A stretch of DNA of 64,000 nt from a virus: IMG/VR virus record IMGVR_UViG_3300029893_000005, positions 7,904 through 71,903 of that record. One strand, 5' to 3'. The translations under genes were made by a program, and so were the position numbers. The notes below the pieces were generated by a model, which did not search any database, was not told where the DNA came from, and was given only the letters and a program-made list of their open reading frames with translations. This document shows positions 28,845 through 37,591 of this stretch, one piece after another. Position 1 is the first letter of the stretch; each line of letters begins with the position of its first letter.

Positions 28845-29528
28845 ATGAGTTTCAGAAGGCCGAACCCGGGGGAACGGGGCTATGAGCGGTACCTGGAGTG
28901 GGAACGGCAGAACAGGGATATAGCCCTGCAGGAGCGGGAGAGGAGAAAGCGGGGCGAGGGCCGCCCTGGCCCCAGTCCGTACACAGGCCTGAACCCGGAG
29001 CAGGCCGAGCGGATGCGTCAGATCCTGGAGAACGGGGGGGTTCAAGCCACAAGCGGGGGTAACACAGGCTCCAGCACGGACGCTCTGCGGGAAGCGGTAG
29101 AACTCTACACAGGCGGACAGGGGCTGCCGAACCGCCCGAGCGGGGAGTTGCCGCCCTTCCGCCCCACGAACCGCCCCGCGAACAGCAACTACTACACCAA
29201 CCCGGCGACCGGGCAGACCATGTACAAGCCCGGTGGGATGAACTCGCCCTATCAAGTCGAGCCCACGTCGCAGCAGACACAGACGTACCGGCAAGCGCCC
29301 CAGCAACAGACCCAGATGTACCAGCCAACAGGAAGCAGCGGAGGAGCCACTTACTGGGGAGGGGGCGAGGGTACCAGCGATCTGCAGCAACAGCAGATGC
29401 GGCAGCGCCAGCAGAAGCCGGCGGCAGGGGGCCAGGGCTTTGCTGCAGCGGGTAGCAACCTGTACGGAGACAACGCCGGCTACAGCCAGTCGTCAGCCCC
29501 GGATCTCGCCGCGTGGGGGGTGCTCTGA
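28845..29528 (+). CDS. Low-complexity Gln/Gly/Arg-rich hypothetical protein
   Basis: 227-aa ORF with AGGAGG SD; coupled to the next gene by TGATG. Confidence 0.55.
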   Translation: MSFRRPNPGERGYERYLEWERQNRDIALQERERRKRGEGRPGPSPYTGLNPEQAERMRQILENGGVQATSGGNTGSSTDALREAVELYTGGQGLPNRPSGELPPFRPTNRPANSNYYTNPATGQTMYKPGGMNSPYQVEPTSQQTQTYRQAPQQQTQMYQPTGSSGGATYWGGGEGTSDLQQQQMRQRQQKPAAGGQGFAAAGSNLYGDNAGYSQSSAPDLAAWGVL

Positions 29529-30202
29529 TGTTGGTCAACCCCATCCAGGGCAGCACCCGGCAGAAGAACAACATGGCGTACTCCGCCGATAGCGGGGCGG
29601 ATATCGGCTGCGCCGTAGGCACGCCGGTGGTGGCCGCTGCTCCGGGGACCGTCCTCTACAGCGAGTGGGGCCACACGATCTGGGGCACCACCAAGAATCC
29701 CGGCGTCGACACTCCTTTCAGCATCCTGATCGAACTGGACCGCCCCCTGGTCGTAAACGGGAAGTCGTACTACTACCACTGGTACACGCACCTGAAGGCG
29801 CTGCGCTTCAGCGTGCCCGACGACGGGCGTACCGGGCCGCACGTCGAGGCCGGCACCCTGCTGGGGTACAGCGGCGTCGGCAACCGGGTGCCCCACCTTC
29901 ATTTCGGCATCCTCAGCGACCGCAGACAGAGGGGGCCTTCTGACTGGCTGGCGCCGGCGAAGGTCGTCGATCTGTTGTGGCCGGACAAGCCGACCGGCGA
30001 GGCGGACGTCGGGCTGCACGAGAACGCCGAGGTCCACGGGCCGCCGGTCCTGCTGACCGGCAAGATATTCCAGCGGGGGAAGAAACTCACCGTCATCCTG
30101 GACGGGCGGACCTACGTCTGCGTGGGCGTCAAGGAACGCCACCCGGACGGCTCGCTGCGCCCTTGGGATGGTTCCGAGATCATCTTCCGCTACAGGCCGT
30201 GA
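29528..30202 (+). CDS. M23-family peptidase (putative endolysin)
   Basis: G.DIG...GTPVVAAAPG.V, WYTHL, V.AG..LGYSG, PHLHFGI motifs. The first zinc motif reads DSGAD instead of HxxxD. Confidence 0.8.
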   Translation: MLVNPIQGSTRQKNNMAYSADSGADIGCAVGTPVVAAAPGTVLYSEWGHTIWGTTKNPGVDTPFSILIELDRPLVVNGKSYYYHWYTHLKALRFSVPDDGRTGPHVEAGTLLGYSGVGNRVPHLHFGILSDRRQRGPSDWLAPAKVVDLLWPDKPTGEADVGLHENAEVHGPPVLLTGKIFQRGKKLTVILDGRTYVCVGVKERHPDGSLRPWDGSEIIFRYRP

Positions 30203-30213
30203 GGTAGCGGGAG

Positions 30214-33200
30214 ATGACCCTGAACGACGTCCTTGCAGAGTGGATCCGTCAGAATTTAATCGCGGAGGGGGTACAGGAACACTTCGCCGCGTGGTACGCT
30301 CATGATCTGGCGTTCGGCGGCGAGGAGGCTGTTTCCCTCTGGGATGATCTGCCGCCCGAGCAGCAAGTCGTCGCGGAGCGTTACGCAGGCATCTTGAACG
30401 GTGTGTACGCCGGGAAGGACATGACGACTGCAGCCCAGGCCGTTCCCATTCCTCCGCAGGCCGTTGGGCTTGACTGGGAGGGGCTACAGGCGTCAGTGTT
30501 AGGACTTGACGACCCTCCCGACTTCCTAGAGTTCGATGACGTCACCGACGAGCAGGTTGGCAAGATAAACGCGCTTGCCCAGGCGGCTGAGGTCGGGCCC
30601 TTTGCGGCTATCGTGGGTACGCCAGTTCCTGCGGGGAGCCTGTCGGCACCCGCCAGCACGGAGGCGCTGCTGGCTGCAGTTCCCGATCAGGATCTGCAGA
30701 TGCTGCACTACAAGGCCCTGGTTCTCGCCAACGGCGGGGCCATGCCGGCCCCCTACATCAGCGGCAAGAACTACAGCAAAGAAATCCTCGCCCTCAGTCA
30801 GAAGTACCAGAGTCAAGGAATCGGAGATGCCTCGGACAACTTCAGCGACCTGTACGGCAAAATTTTGCAAACGATCATCGGCCACACCCCGTTTACCCCG
30901 GACCACAATTATTTCGACGACTATTACGATCACGTCAAGATGCTGGCGGATCAGATCACTACGGGTATCGTGTACCCAGATACAGCCCTCGCCGAGGTAA
31001 ATGGAGAAATTGCGCTGCAAGAACTCGAAGGCTGGAACGCGCCTGCCGCGCAGTTGGTGAAAGACCTCGTGTTCCAGTGGGGGGAAGACCACGGAGTCGC
31101 AACCCCGCTCAGCGTCGCCCCCTCTGCAGAAGATCATCTGGAGGTCGCCGTCAAGAATATTGTATTGCAAGACGTCGGACTGGGGAACGCGGCTACAATC
31201 GTTGGCGATATCATGGATGCTGTCATTTACGGTGACGGAAGTTGGCATCAGGCGACTGAAAGCCTCAGCCCGCAAGCAAAACTGGCTCTGCACAAAGTCG
31301 TACAGGACTACGGTGCGGGGGCCTACGAGCCGGCAGCCCTGACGCAGAAAGTCACGTCCCCCACACCCGCGTTTCAGAATCCTCTGTCGGAAGCAGCCGG
31401 CCTCCCGAGGCCGTCCCGTATCCAGGAGGCGCTGTCGGACTACAGCGATTTGGACCTGACGCAGCGCATCCTGGATCCCCAGGCCCTCAGCCTGTTGTAC
31501 GAGGAGGGGTACGTGGACGAGACGGAGCCGACTCCGCGGAATCGGCTGCCCTACCTCCCCACAGCCACGCTGGAGTACGCCCGTAAAGGGGCGCTCAATG
31601 AGCCCTCGAAGTACAAGGACGAGGGGCTCAATCTGCTCAACCGTATCCTCACCGGGCAGGGGGGTCGTGCGACTCCGCCGCAGATCCCGTGGGAGACGGT
31701 GCGATCCGGCATCGAGAAAGAAGCCGACAAGTTCCATATCCCCGCCTATCAGGCCCTCTTCGCTGACCTGGATGCGCTGCAGGAACAACACCCCGGCATT
31801 CACGAGGCATTCCTCCTGCGGGACATGGAGAAAGCCTATCCCGCTCGTCTCGCCCAGTTGCGGGCACGGGGCGTCAAGAACCCCGAACGGTTCGTCCACC
31901 CCGTCAACTTCAACCGGACGCTGCGGGACCTGACGACCCCCGGTGGCAGTCACGACTACGACACGATGGCGCGATACCTGCGGCTACACCACCCCGAGTT
32001 CATGGCGGCCCCGCACTGGGTCTTCGTCGACTCGGGGTACAGCGGCACCATCCCTAGCCGCATCATGGAGATGAACGAGGCGTTGAACCTCGGCAAAAAC
32101 ATCGACGTGCGGATGTTGAGCAGCAGCAGTGCGCCGTGGCAGGCGCCTTCGGTGCTCGACATTGGGATTCCCCGCGACGACATCGTAGAGAAGATCGAAC
32201 ACACCGCTCACCGCCGCGGCACCATCGAGGGGCTGGATCCGGCTACGCTGCAGCCCTACGCACCGCCGGTCACGCCTCCGGAAGAGGCCATGGTCAGTTA
32301 CATGGAGCGGTACATCCGCAACGCATTCGAGGGGGAGCCCTTCCGCTACACCCCCCGCGTGTTCGCGGAACCGAGAAGTCTTGTCGGCCAGTTGGCGGCG
32401 TTGGCGGAGGCTATGAACCTCTCGCGGCAGTCGCCGGAGTGGGCCCCCGGATTCCCCGACCTGCTCATGTACGACACGGAGCATGGGCCCTACGGCTGGT
32501 ACGACCTGGACGGCGGGAGGAACGCGGTCGACGTCAGCCGCTGGGAACCGCATCCCGACTACACGGCTCCGCATTCGAACGAGAATCCCGCCATCGTGTT
32601 GCAGCACCCCGAGACGGGGCAGCCCTTCTTCGTCAAGAGCACTCGTAACCCGATGATCGAGGCACTGGGCAGCAATCTGTACCGTGCGACGGGGCTGCCC
32701 TCCCCGGAGATCGCCCTGGCAAAGGGGATGCCGGGAGCCCGTCATCAGCAGCAACTCATCACCCCGTACCTACCGGGTATGAAGACGCTGAAGGAAGTGG
32801 CGAAGCGCGGTTCCGGCGACTGGCGGAACGTCCCTGCCATGGACCACCTGTCGACCATCGGGGCGGATTCCTGGCTGCTCAACCAGAGCCAGCACGGGAA
32901 GCAGTTCCTGCTGCCCGAGAATTTCGACTCGCTCGCGGGACTCGAAGGCCCAGGTTACAACAGCCTGATGCCGGGCAGGCAGGTAACCCCAACCCACATC
33001 GACTTCGGGGAGACGTTCTCCACCCGCCTGCCGTGGGCCAGCGAGACATGGTGGGAGCAGCAGCCATTCCACCCCGGTAATCCGGCCAGTCGGAACCTGT
33101 ATGACCAGATGCTTGGGCGCACAGGAGGGTTGTTAGATCCGAAACTCACCCGCTCCGACTTCCTGAAAACAGGGCGCCTCCATATTATCCCCGAACTTAG

Positions 33201-34071
33201 TACAGACGAGGGGCGTACTAAGTTCGCCGAAAGCCTGGAACGCCCGTCGACCATCCCCGCCCCGCTGATTCACAGTCTTGTGAAGAATCACGGCTTCTCC
33301 CCCGAGATGGCGCAGCAACTGGTACGTCGAGCCCAGGCCATGGCAGGGACCGCCCAACGGATCCGCCAGAACGCACTGCCCGGATTCAGCGGACAGGTCA
33401 TCCCCGGAATGGCCGGCGGGCTGGCGGCGCTGGCGCTCCTGGGCCTGCCCGCAGAAGCCGCGACGCCCGAGGATGCCGCACTGGCGGAAGCGGCCGGCGG
33501 GCCGAACCCCCTGCTGTACGGAGCGGGCGCGGCTCTCTTCGCCCTCGACCCAAAGGATTGGCGGGGCGGGGTCCCGGCGGTACAGCCCGCTCCGCTGGAG
33601 GACCAACTCCGCATGTACCGTGCGGGGGCGACGAAGTTGCCGGCTACGCCGGGTGCCGCGGGCGGCGGCTTCCGTCCTGACCCGAACATGGTGCGCATCA
33701 ACCCGGCCCCCACCTTCCGCGAAGGGCTGGGCAACCTGTTCCGCGGCGCTGCATCTCGCCTGGGCGGCGGCACAGGCCCGCACGGACTCAACGCCGGGCT
33801 GGCTGGGCTCGACCTCGCGCTCAACCCCCAGCACTACCAGGAAGCCCTGGAGCAGACCCCGCTGATCGGGTCGATCATCCGCGGGGGTCGGGAGTGGGGC
33901 GAGGCCGTGGACCGTGCGCGGGCCGAGGCACGTGAGGACGACCTGCGGCGGGCCGCCCTGTCGGAGGCCGCCTATCAGCGGTACCACGCTCGTAAGTACC
34001 CGGGGCTCCGTGGGGGCTATACCCCCGAGGGTGTCTTCGACTACGCCGGCAGTAGCGGGGGCTCGTGGTGA
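30214..34071 (+). CDS. 1285-aa multidomain (polyvalent-type) protein: helical N-terminus, FLLRD/VDSGYSGT domain, HipA/PI3K-like kinase-fold domain, hydrophobic C-terminus
   Basis: Motifs visible in the translation: FFVK...EALGSNLY..TGLPSP, DSWLLNQSQH..QFLL, HIDFG. Confidence 0.6.
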   Translation: MTLNDVLAEWIRQNLIAEGVQEHFAAWYAHDLAFGGEEAVSLWDDLPPEQQVVAERYAGILNGVYAGKDMTTAAQAVPIPPQAVGLDWEGLQASVLGLDDPPDFLEFDDVTDEQVGKINALAQAAEVGPFAAIVGTPVPAGSLSAPASTEALLAAVPDQDLQMLHYKALVLANGGAMPAPYISGKNYSKEILALSQKYQSQGIGDASDNFSDLYGKILQTIIGHTPFTPDHNYFDDYYDHVKMLADQITTGIVYPDTALAEVNGEIALQELEGWNAPAAQLVKDLVFQWGEDHGVATPLSVAPSAEDHLEVAVKNIVLQDVGLGNAATIVGDIMDAVIYGDGSWHQATESLSPQAKLALHKVVQDYGAGAYEPAALTQKVTSPTPAFQNPLSEAAGLPRPSRIQEALSDYSDLDLTQRILDPQALSLLYEEGYVDETEPTPRNRLPYLPTATLEYARKGALNEPSKYKDEGLNLLNRILTGQGGRATPPQIPWETVRSGIEKEADKFHIPAYQALFADLDALQEQHPGIHEAFLLRDMEKAYPARLAQLRARGVKNPERFVHPVNFNRTLRDLTTPGGSHDYDTMARYLRLHHPEFMAAPHWVFVDSGYSGTIPSRIMEMNEALNLGKNIDVRMLSSSSAPWQAPSVLDIGIPRDDIVEKIEHTAHRRGTIEGLDPATLQPYAPPVTPPEEAMVSYMERYIRNAFEGEPFRYTPRVFAEPRSLVGQLAALAEAMNLSRQSPEWAPGFPDLLMYDTEHGPYGWYDLDGGRNAVDVSRWEPHPDYTAPHSNENPAIVLQHPETGQPFFVKSTRNPMIEALGSNLYRATGLPSPEIALAKGMPGARHQQQLITPYLPGMKTLKEVAKRGSGDWRNVPAMDHLSTIGADSWLLNQSQHGKQFLLPENFDSLAGLEGPGYNSLMPGRQVTPTHIDFGETFSTRLPWASETWWEQQPFHPGNPASRNLYDQMLGRTGGLLDPKLTRSDFLKTGRLHIIPELSTDEGRTKFAESLERPSTIPAPLIHSLVKNHGFSPEMAQQLVRRAQAMAGTAQRIRQNALPGFSGQVIPGMAGGLAALALLGLPAEAATPEDAALAEAAGGPNPLLYGAGAALFALDPKDWRGGVPAVQPAPLEDQLRMYRAGATKLPATPGAAGGGFRPDPNMVRINPAPTFREGLGNLFRGAASRLGGGTGPHGLNAGLAGLDLALNPQHYQEALEQTPLIGSIIRGGREWGEAVDRARAEAREDDLRRAALSEAAYQRYHARKYPGLRGGYTPEGVFDYAGSSGGSW

Positions 34072-34436
34072 ACGAGGAGGCGCAGGCGGCGCGGGACCGT
34101 TTCGACACCCGCAAGCAGGCAGAAGACCACTTCTTGGCGAGACCGCTGCGCCCGGCCCCGCCCATCGACTTCACTCGCGTGAGCGAGCGGGAGTACAAGA
34201 AAGCGATGAAGGGGGTGAGCAAGAGCATGGCAACCTTCAAGATCCTGGGCTCCGAACCGGCCGACGAGCCGAACGCGGTGGACGTCACGATCCGCATCGG
34301 CAACCTGAAGGGCAAGGACGCCCGCAAGGCCCTGATGGGCTTCCGGATCATCGAGCAGGTGCTGGCGGACGACAGAGTGACGTTCGACGAGTACTTCCTG
34401 CTGGGGTCGGCGGTCGCGTCCATCACCCGAGCGTAG
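34065..34436 (+). CDS. Hypothetical protein
   Basis: 123-aa ORF overlapping the upstream stop codon. Confidence 0.6.
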   Translation: MVNEEAQAARDRFDTRKQAEDHFLARPLRPAPPIDFTRVSEREYKKAMKGVSKSMATFKILGSEPADEPNAVDVTIRIGNLKGKDARKALMGFRIIEQVLADDRVTFDEYFLLGSAVASITRA

Positions 34437-34451
34437 AGGAGGCGAAGTCCC

Positions 34452-34550
34452 GTGAACGAGGTGCTCTACGGCTGGCGCTACGGTCACCGCATCGTGGTCG
34501 TCCACCCGGAAGGCGACAAGTGGCGCTGCACCTACTTCTCGAACCAGTAG
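34452..34550 (+). CDS. 32-aa peptide (MNEVLYGWRYGHRIVVVHPEGDKWRCTYFSNQ)
   Basis: GTG start with GAGGAGG SD; ends just before the terminator. Translated by hand. Confidence 0.5.
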   Translation: MNEVLYGWRYGHRIVVVHPEGDKWRCTYFSNQ

Positions 34551-34790
34551 AAAGCAAGAAGCCCGCACTCCCGAGAGAGGCGGGCTTCTTCACGCCATCC
34601 GCGTTCACCGCTACCCGCCAGTTTCCTGGTTTCACGGTCAGGGCTGCGCCACCCTGGGTATGCTACTCGCGGCTGTAGGGGCGAGGCTTCGTACCTACCA
34701 AGCACGGTCGACCGGCAGAGCCGGCGTTCCTATACCCTCGCCCAACCCACTGAGTCTCTGCAGCGACACTCGGTGCTAGGGTTACTACGC
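34551..34790 (-). ncRNA. Candidate ~240-nt structured ncRNA of unrecognised class
   Basis: Bounded by a TTGACA-17-TAAGAT promoter and the terminator. No credible ORF. Multiple stems: GGGCGAGG/CCUCGCCC, CAGGGU/GCCCUG, CCAG-GAAA-CUGG, UACCC/GGGUA. Confidence 0.6.
34556..34590. terminator. Bidirectional intrinsic terminator at the junction of the convergent arms
   Basis: AAGAAGCCCGC...GCGGGCTTCTT 11-bp inverted repeat. Confidence 0.75.
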
Positions 34791-34795
34791 AGGAT

Positions 34796-34842
34796 ATCTT
34801 ACACCGACTCCTCGGACTTGTCAACCCCTTCTTGTGAAGAAG
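34796..34842 (-). promoter_or_regulatory. Sigma70 promoter with an adjacent operator-like palindrome
   Basis: -35 TTGACA (34819-34824), 17 bp, -10 TAAGAT (34796-34801); CTTCTT-GTG-AAGAAG at 34828-34842. Confidence 0.7.
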
Positions 34843-35164
34843 TTCGGGGGATGGGCATGGAGTCCACCTTTCCCCCGGGCGTGAGGCGGAAACGAGCCTC
34901 GGCCCCCTTCTCCTCGTCGAAGAACCAGATTTCCCCGGGGGGCACGTTCTTGCTGCGCCGCACCACGGTCCCGCCCAGGGCGGACAGGAACTGGCTGGCG
35001 GTGCAGCAAGGGATGGTGTCGGCGAAGTCCCAGATCGACTCGGCCGGGATCTGACTCCAGCATCGGTAGTGGGCCACCCCCTTCGGGATGACCACCATCT
35101 GGGTCTCCGCAGGGTCCTCGGGACCTCCGCACACGCAGCAGGGACGGGGGAAGCCGACCGACAT
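34799..35164 (-). CDS. Hypothetical Cys-rich protein
   Basis: 121-aa ORF with CCxC and H.C motifs; GAGG SD. Confidence 0.55.
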   Translation of the reverse strand: MSVGFPRPCCVCGGPEDPAETQMVVIPKGVAHYRCWSQIPAESIWDFADTIPCCTASQFLSALGGTVVRRSKNVPPGEIWFFDEEKGAEARFRLTPGGKVDSMPIPRTSSQEGVDKSEESV

Positions 35165-35165
35165 G

Positions 35166-35399
35166 CTACAGTCCTCTCTTCTCGAACTTCAGCGGCCCGC
35201 CGCCATGGGCTTGGCGCTTCATGGTGACAAAGGCCTCCATTTGCTGCTCGATGATCTTGCGGCACTTCTGGCACACCAGGATCTCCAGGTGCGCCAGGGT
35301 GATGATGCCGAGCAGGGAGGGGGCGGCCTTGTAGTCGGCGCAGCAGGTGCGGCACTTCGTGCCCTCCCACGGTTTCTCGTCAACAGGGATGATGCTCAT
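35166..35399 (-). CDS. Small zinc-finger-like protein
   Basis: MSIIPVDEKPWEGTKCRTC...CQKC; start refined by SD. Confidence 0.55.
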   Translation of the reverse strand: MSIIPVDEKPWEGTKCRTCCADYKAAPSLLGIITLAHLEILVCQKCRKIIEQQMEAFVTMKRQAHGGGPLKFEKRGL

Positions 35400-35761
35400 G
35401 TTACCACCGCCACCTCGTAGTTGTGGGGCAGGTTCCCGCGAATTCCGAGGGTCTCTCGCTCCATGCGAACGAGAAGTTGATCCCCGACCCCCGCGATTTC
35501 CTTGATGCGCCCGTACTGAAAGCACGGGAAGTCGAGTTGGTTGGTGATGGGCCATGTGAACGGGTCGTCCATCTCTGAGTACCGCAGCCCGTGGTCGAGG
35601 GCGACACCCGGCCAGTCCCAGCCATCCGGGCCCGCTCGTTCCTTCGCCTCGGTCATGTTCTGGATGTGGGCCCCGTCCTGTTCGTAGTAGGGCTGCCGCG
35701 GGCTCCTGCTGCCGTTGCACGACGGGACGGGGAAGTAGTTGACGGGGCGGGGGTCTTTCAT
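35396..35761 (-). CDS. Hypothetical protein
   Basis: MKDPRPVNYFPVP...; overlapping start and stop with its neighbours. Confidence 0.55.
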   Translation of the reverse strand: MKDPRPVNYFPVPSCNGSRSPRQPYYEQDGAHIQNMTEAKERAGPDGWDWPGVALDHGLRYSEMDDPFTWPITNQLDFPCFQYGRIKEIAGVGDQLLVRMERETLGIRGNLPHNYEVAVVT

Positions 35762-36003
35762 CTCAGCACGTCCTTTGCGATTCGGGTATGGTCTTCTTCC
35801 AGTGATGTCCGCTTGCGGGCTGGGCGGGCACCGTTGGCGTAGGTCTTCAACTGCTGCTCCACCTGCCGGTACATGCGCGTGTTGCCGGCCTCCTTGTAGA
35901 GGCGCATCCACTCCCGCGCTAACTTGACCCACTCGATCTGCTCGGAACGAGACAGACCGTAGCCGTTCTTCAGCCGCTGCAGGTACCGTTGATATTTGTT
36001 CAT
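35758..36003 (-). CDS. Small basic hypothetical protein
   Basis: MNKYQRYLQRLKNG...; ATGA overlap with the next gene. Confidence 0.55.
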   Translation of the reverse strand: MNKYQRYLQRLKNGYGLSRSEQIEWVKLAREWMRLYKEAGNTRMYRQVEQQLKTYANGARPARKRTSLEEDHTRIAKDVLR

Positions 36004-36016
36004 GTCGCCGCCCACG

Positions 36017-36196
36017 TCACGGCTCCTTCGGGGAGAGAAGTACGACCTCTGACGTAAGCCCGTTGGCCCGACACATGCACTGAAACCCCAGCGCACCGTG
36101 TTCTCGGGCGCTGGAGATGTCCTCCTCGGACAGGATGTGGTCCCTACGGCAGGAGACACATCGGTACAAGCCGGGCACCAAGTCCTCGATCTTCAT
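36017..36196 (-). CDS. Small Cys-containing protein
   Basis: MKIEDLVPGLYRCVSC...CMC; ATGA overlap. Confidence 0.5.
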   Translation of the reverse strand: MKIEDLVPGLYRCVSCRRDHILSEEDISSAREHGALGFQCMCRANGLTSEVVLLSPKEP

Positions 36197-36483
36197 AGGG
36201 CTCCACCACCGTGCTCGGTCTCCTGTTGTTCCCGCTTGTAGTCGGCCACCTTCAGCCACAACTCGAAGGCCTCGCGCAAGATGTCGGGCCGCGAGATGTT
36301 GAGGTAGCGCACGTACCCTTCGATGCGGTCGAGTGTCTTCTTCGGCACCACCACGATGACCTTGACACCGTTCTTGATCTGGCGGCAGCGCAGGCACATG
36401 CAGGTGGTCTTGTGGTCGTACTGCTTGCCGCGGCTGGCAACGCAGGAAACGCACTTGCAGTCGGGGCGGGGCAGGTGGCTCAT
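36193..36483 (-). CDS. Ribbon-helix-helix (CopG/Arc-like) regulator with N-terminal Cys/His zinc motifs
   Basis: KVIVVVPKKTLDRIEGYVRYLNISRPDILREAF is an RHH pattern; it is preceded by H....CKCVSC and H...CMCLRC. Confidence 0.7.
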   Translation of the reverse strand: MSHLPRPDCKCVSCVASRGKQYDHKTTCMCLRCRQIKNGVKVIVVVPKKTLDRIEGYVRYLNISRPDILREAFELWLKVADYKREQQETEHGGGAL

Positions 36484-36570
36484 GGGGGCTCAACTCCTCT
36501 GGGGCTGAAGGCTAGTTAGTCCTATTCAGCAACAGGTTCAGAAGTTCCTTCCTGATCGTACGAAAAGGCC

Positions 36571-36599
36571 TGGACAGGCCGTTCCGGGCGTGCTATGGT
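36571..36599 (+). promoter_or_regulatory. Sigma70 promoter for the isolated + strand cassette
   Basis: TGGACA, 17 bp, TG-C-TATGGT. Confidence 0.6.
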
Positions 36600-36634
36600 G
36601 TTGGCAGAAACCGGCTCCTGAGAGGTTCACAAGA

Positions 36635-37591
36635 ATGGCTGCCTCGACTGCCAACGACAAGTTCAGCCACCTGAGCCCCACCACCGTCTACGCCCTGCAA
36701 AGTGCCGCGGACGCCAACGGGAACGGCAACGCCCTGGACGTAGGGGGCACCCCCTACGTCGGTGTTCAAGTGGTGGGCGACGCCTTCAACGGCACCGTCA
36801 ACTTCGAGGGCTCGATCGACGGGGACAACTGGGTGTCAGTCCAGGCCCTCAATGTGGCGACAGGCGCCGTGGTTACCACGACCACAGCAGACGGGGTGTT
36901 CAACATCCCCACCGGCGTGCTGTCGAAGGTGCGAGCCCGCATCTCGGGGTATGTTGCCGGCACGGTTACCGTCACGGCCCGGGCCGCGGTTCACGGCAGC
37001 CGCGACATCGCGTCAGTTGGCGGCGGTACGGTTGACACGGAGTTGGGGGCGGCGATTGCCGCAGCCGACAACATGGCCAACCCCACGGCGCCTCAAGTGC
37101 TCGCGCACGAGATGGTCTGGGACGGCGCCACCTGGGACCGGCAAACGCAGCCGCTGACCGACGCTCAGTTACGGGCCGCGGATGTCCCGGTCACAGCATC
37201 TCAGGCGACGCATGACGGCCTGAACGCCAACGCCAACCTCCAGGTGGCCGATGCGGATGTGTCGAACACGAACCCCGTCCCCACGAAGGGTACTACTGTC
37301 GCTACGCTCAACACGCAGAAGACGGTCACGGTGGACACCACGGCCAACGGCATTGAGATCCTGGCGGCCAATGCCGACCGCAAGGGGTTCATCATCACGA
37401 ACAACGGCGCCACCGATTGCTACCTCGGGGACACCACCCTCACCTCCGGGGCGGCGCCCGCTGCTAATGGCGGTATCATCTGCAAGGCCGGTGGCGGTGC
37501 CGTTTCGGGCAGCCAGATGGACGGCTACACAGGCGCCATTCACGGTATCACAGAGGCGGGAAGTACGGTAGTGGGGGTGTGGGAATGGTAG
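36635..37591 (+). CDS. Beta-rich virion-like structural protein
   Basis: Thr/Ala/Gly/Val-rich; F.GTV.FEGSIDG.NW and I..ITNNG....YLG modules typical of phage structural proteins. Confidence 0.55.
   Translation: MAASTANDKFSHLSPTTVYALQSAADANGNGNALDVGGTPYVGVQVVGDAFNGTVNFEGSIDGDNWVSVQALNVATGAVVTTTTADGVFNIPTGVLSKVRARISGYVAGTVTVTARAAVHGSRDIASVGGGTVDTELGAAIAAADNMANPTAPQVLAHEMVWDGATWDRQTQPLTDAQLRAADVPVTASQATHDGLNANANLQVADADVSNTNPVPTKGTTVATLNTQKTVTVDTTANGIEILAANADRKGFIITNNGATDCYLGDTTLTSGAAPAANGGIICKAGGGAVSGSQMDGYTGAIHGITEAGSTVVGVWEW

Noticed and set aside
34423-34635. 70-aa - strand ORF inside the candidate ncRNA
   Set aside because: GTG start without an SD, and it runs through the terminator into the antisense of real genes.
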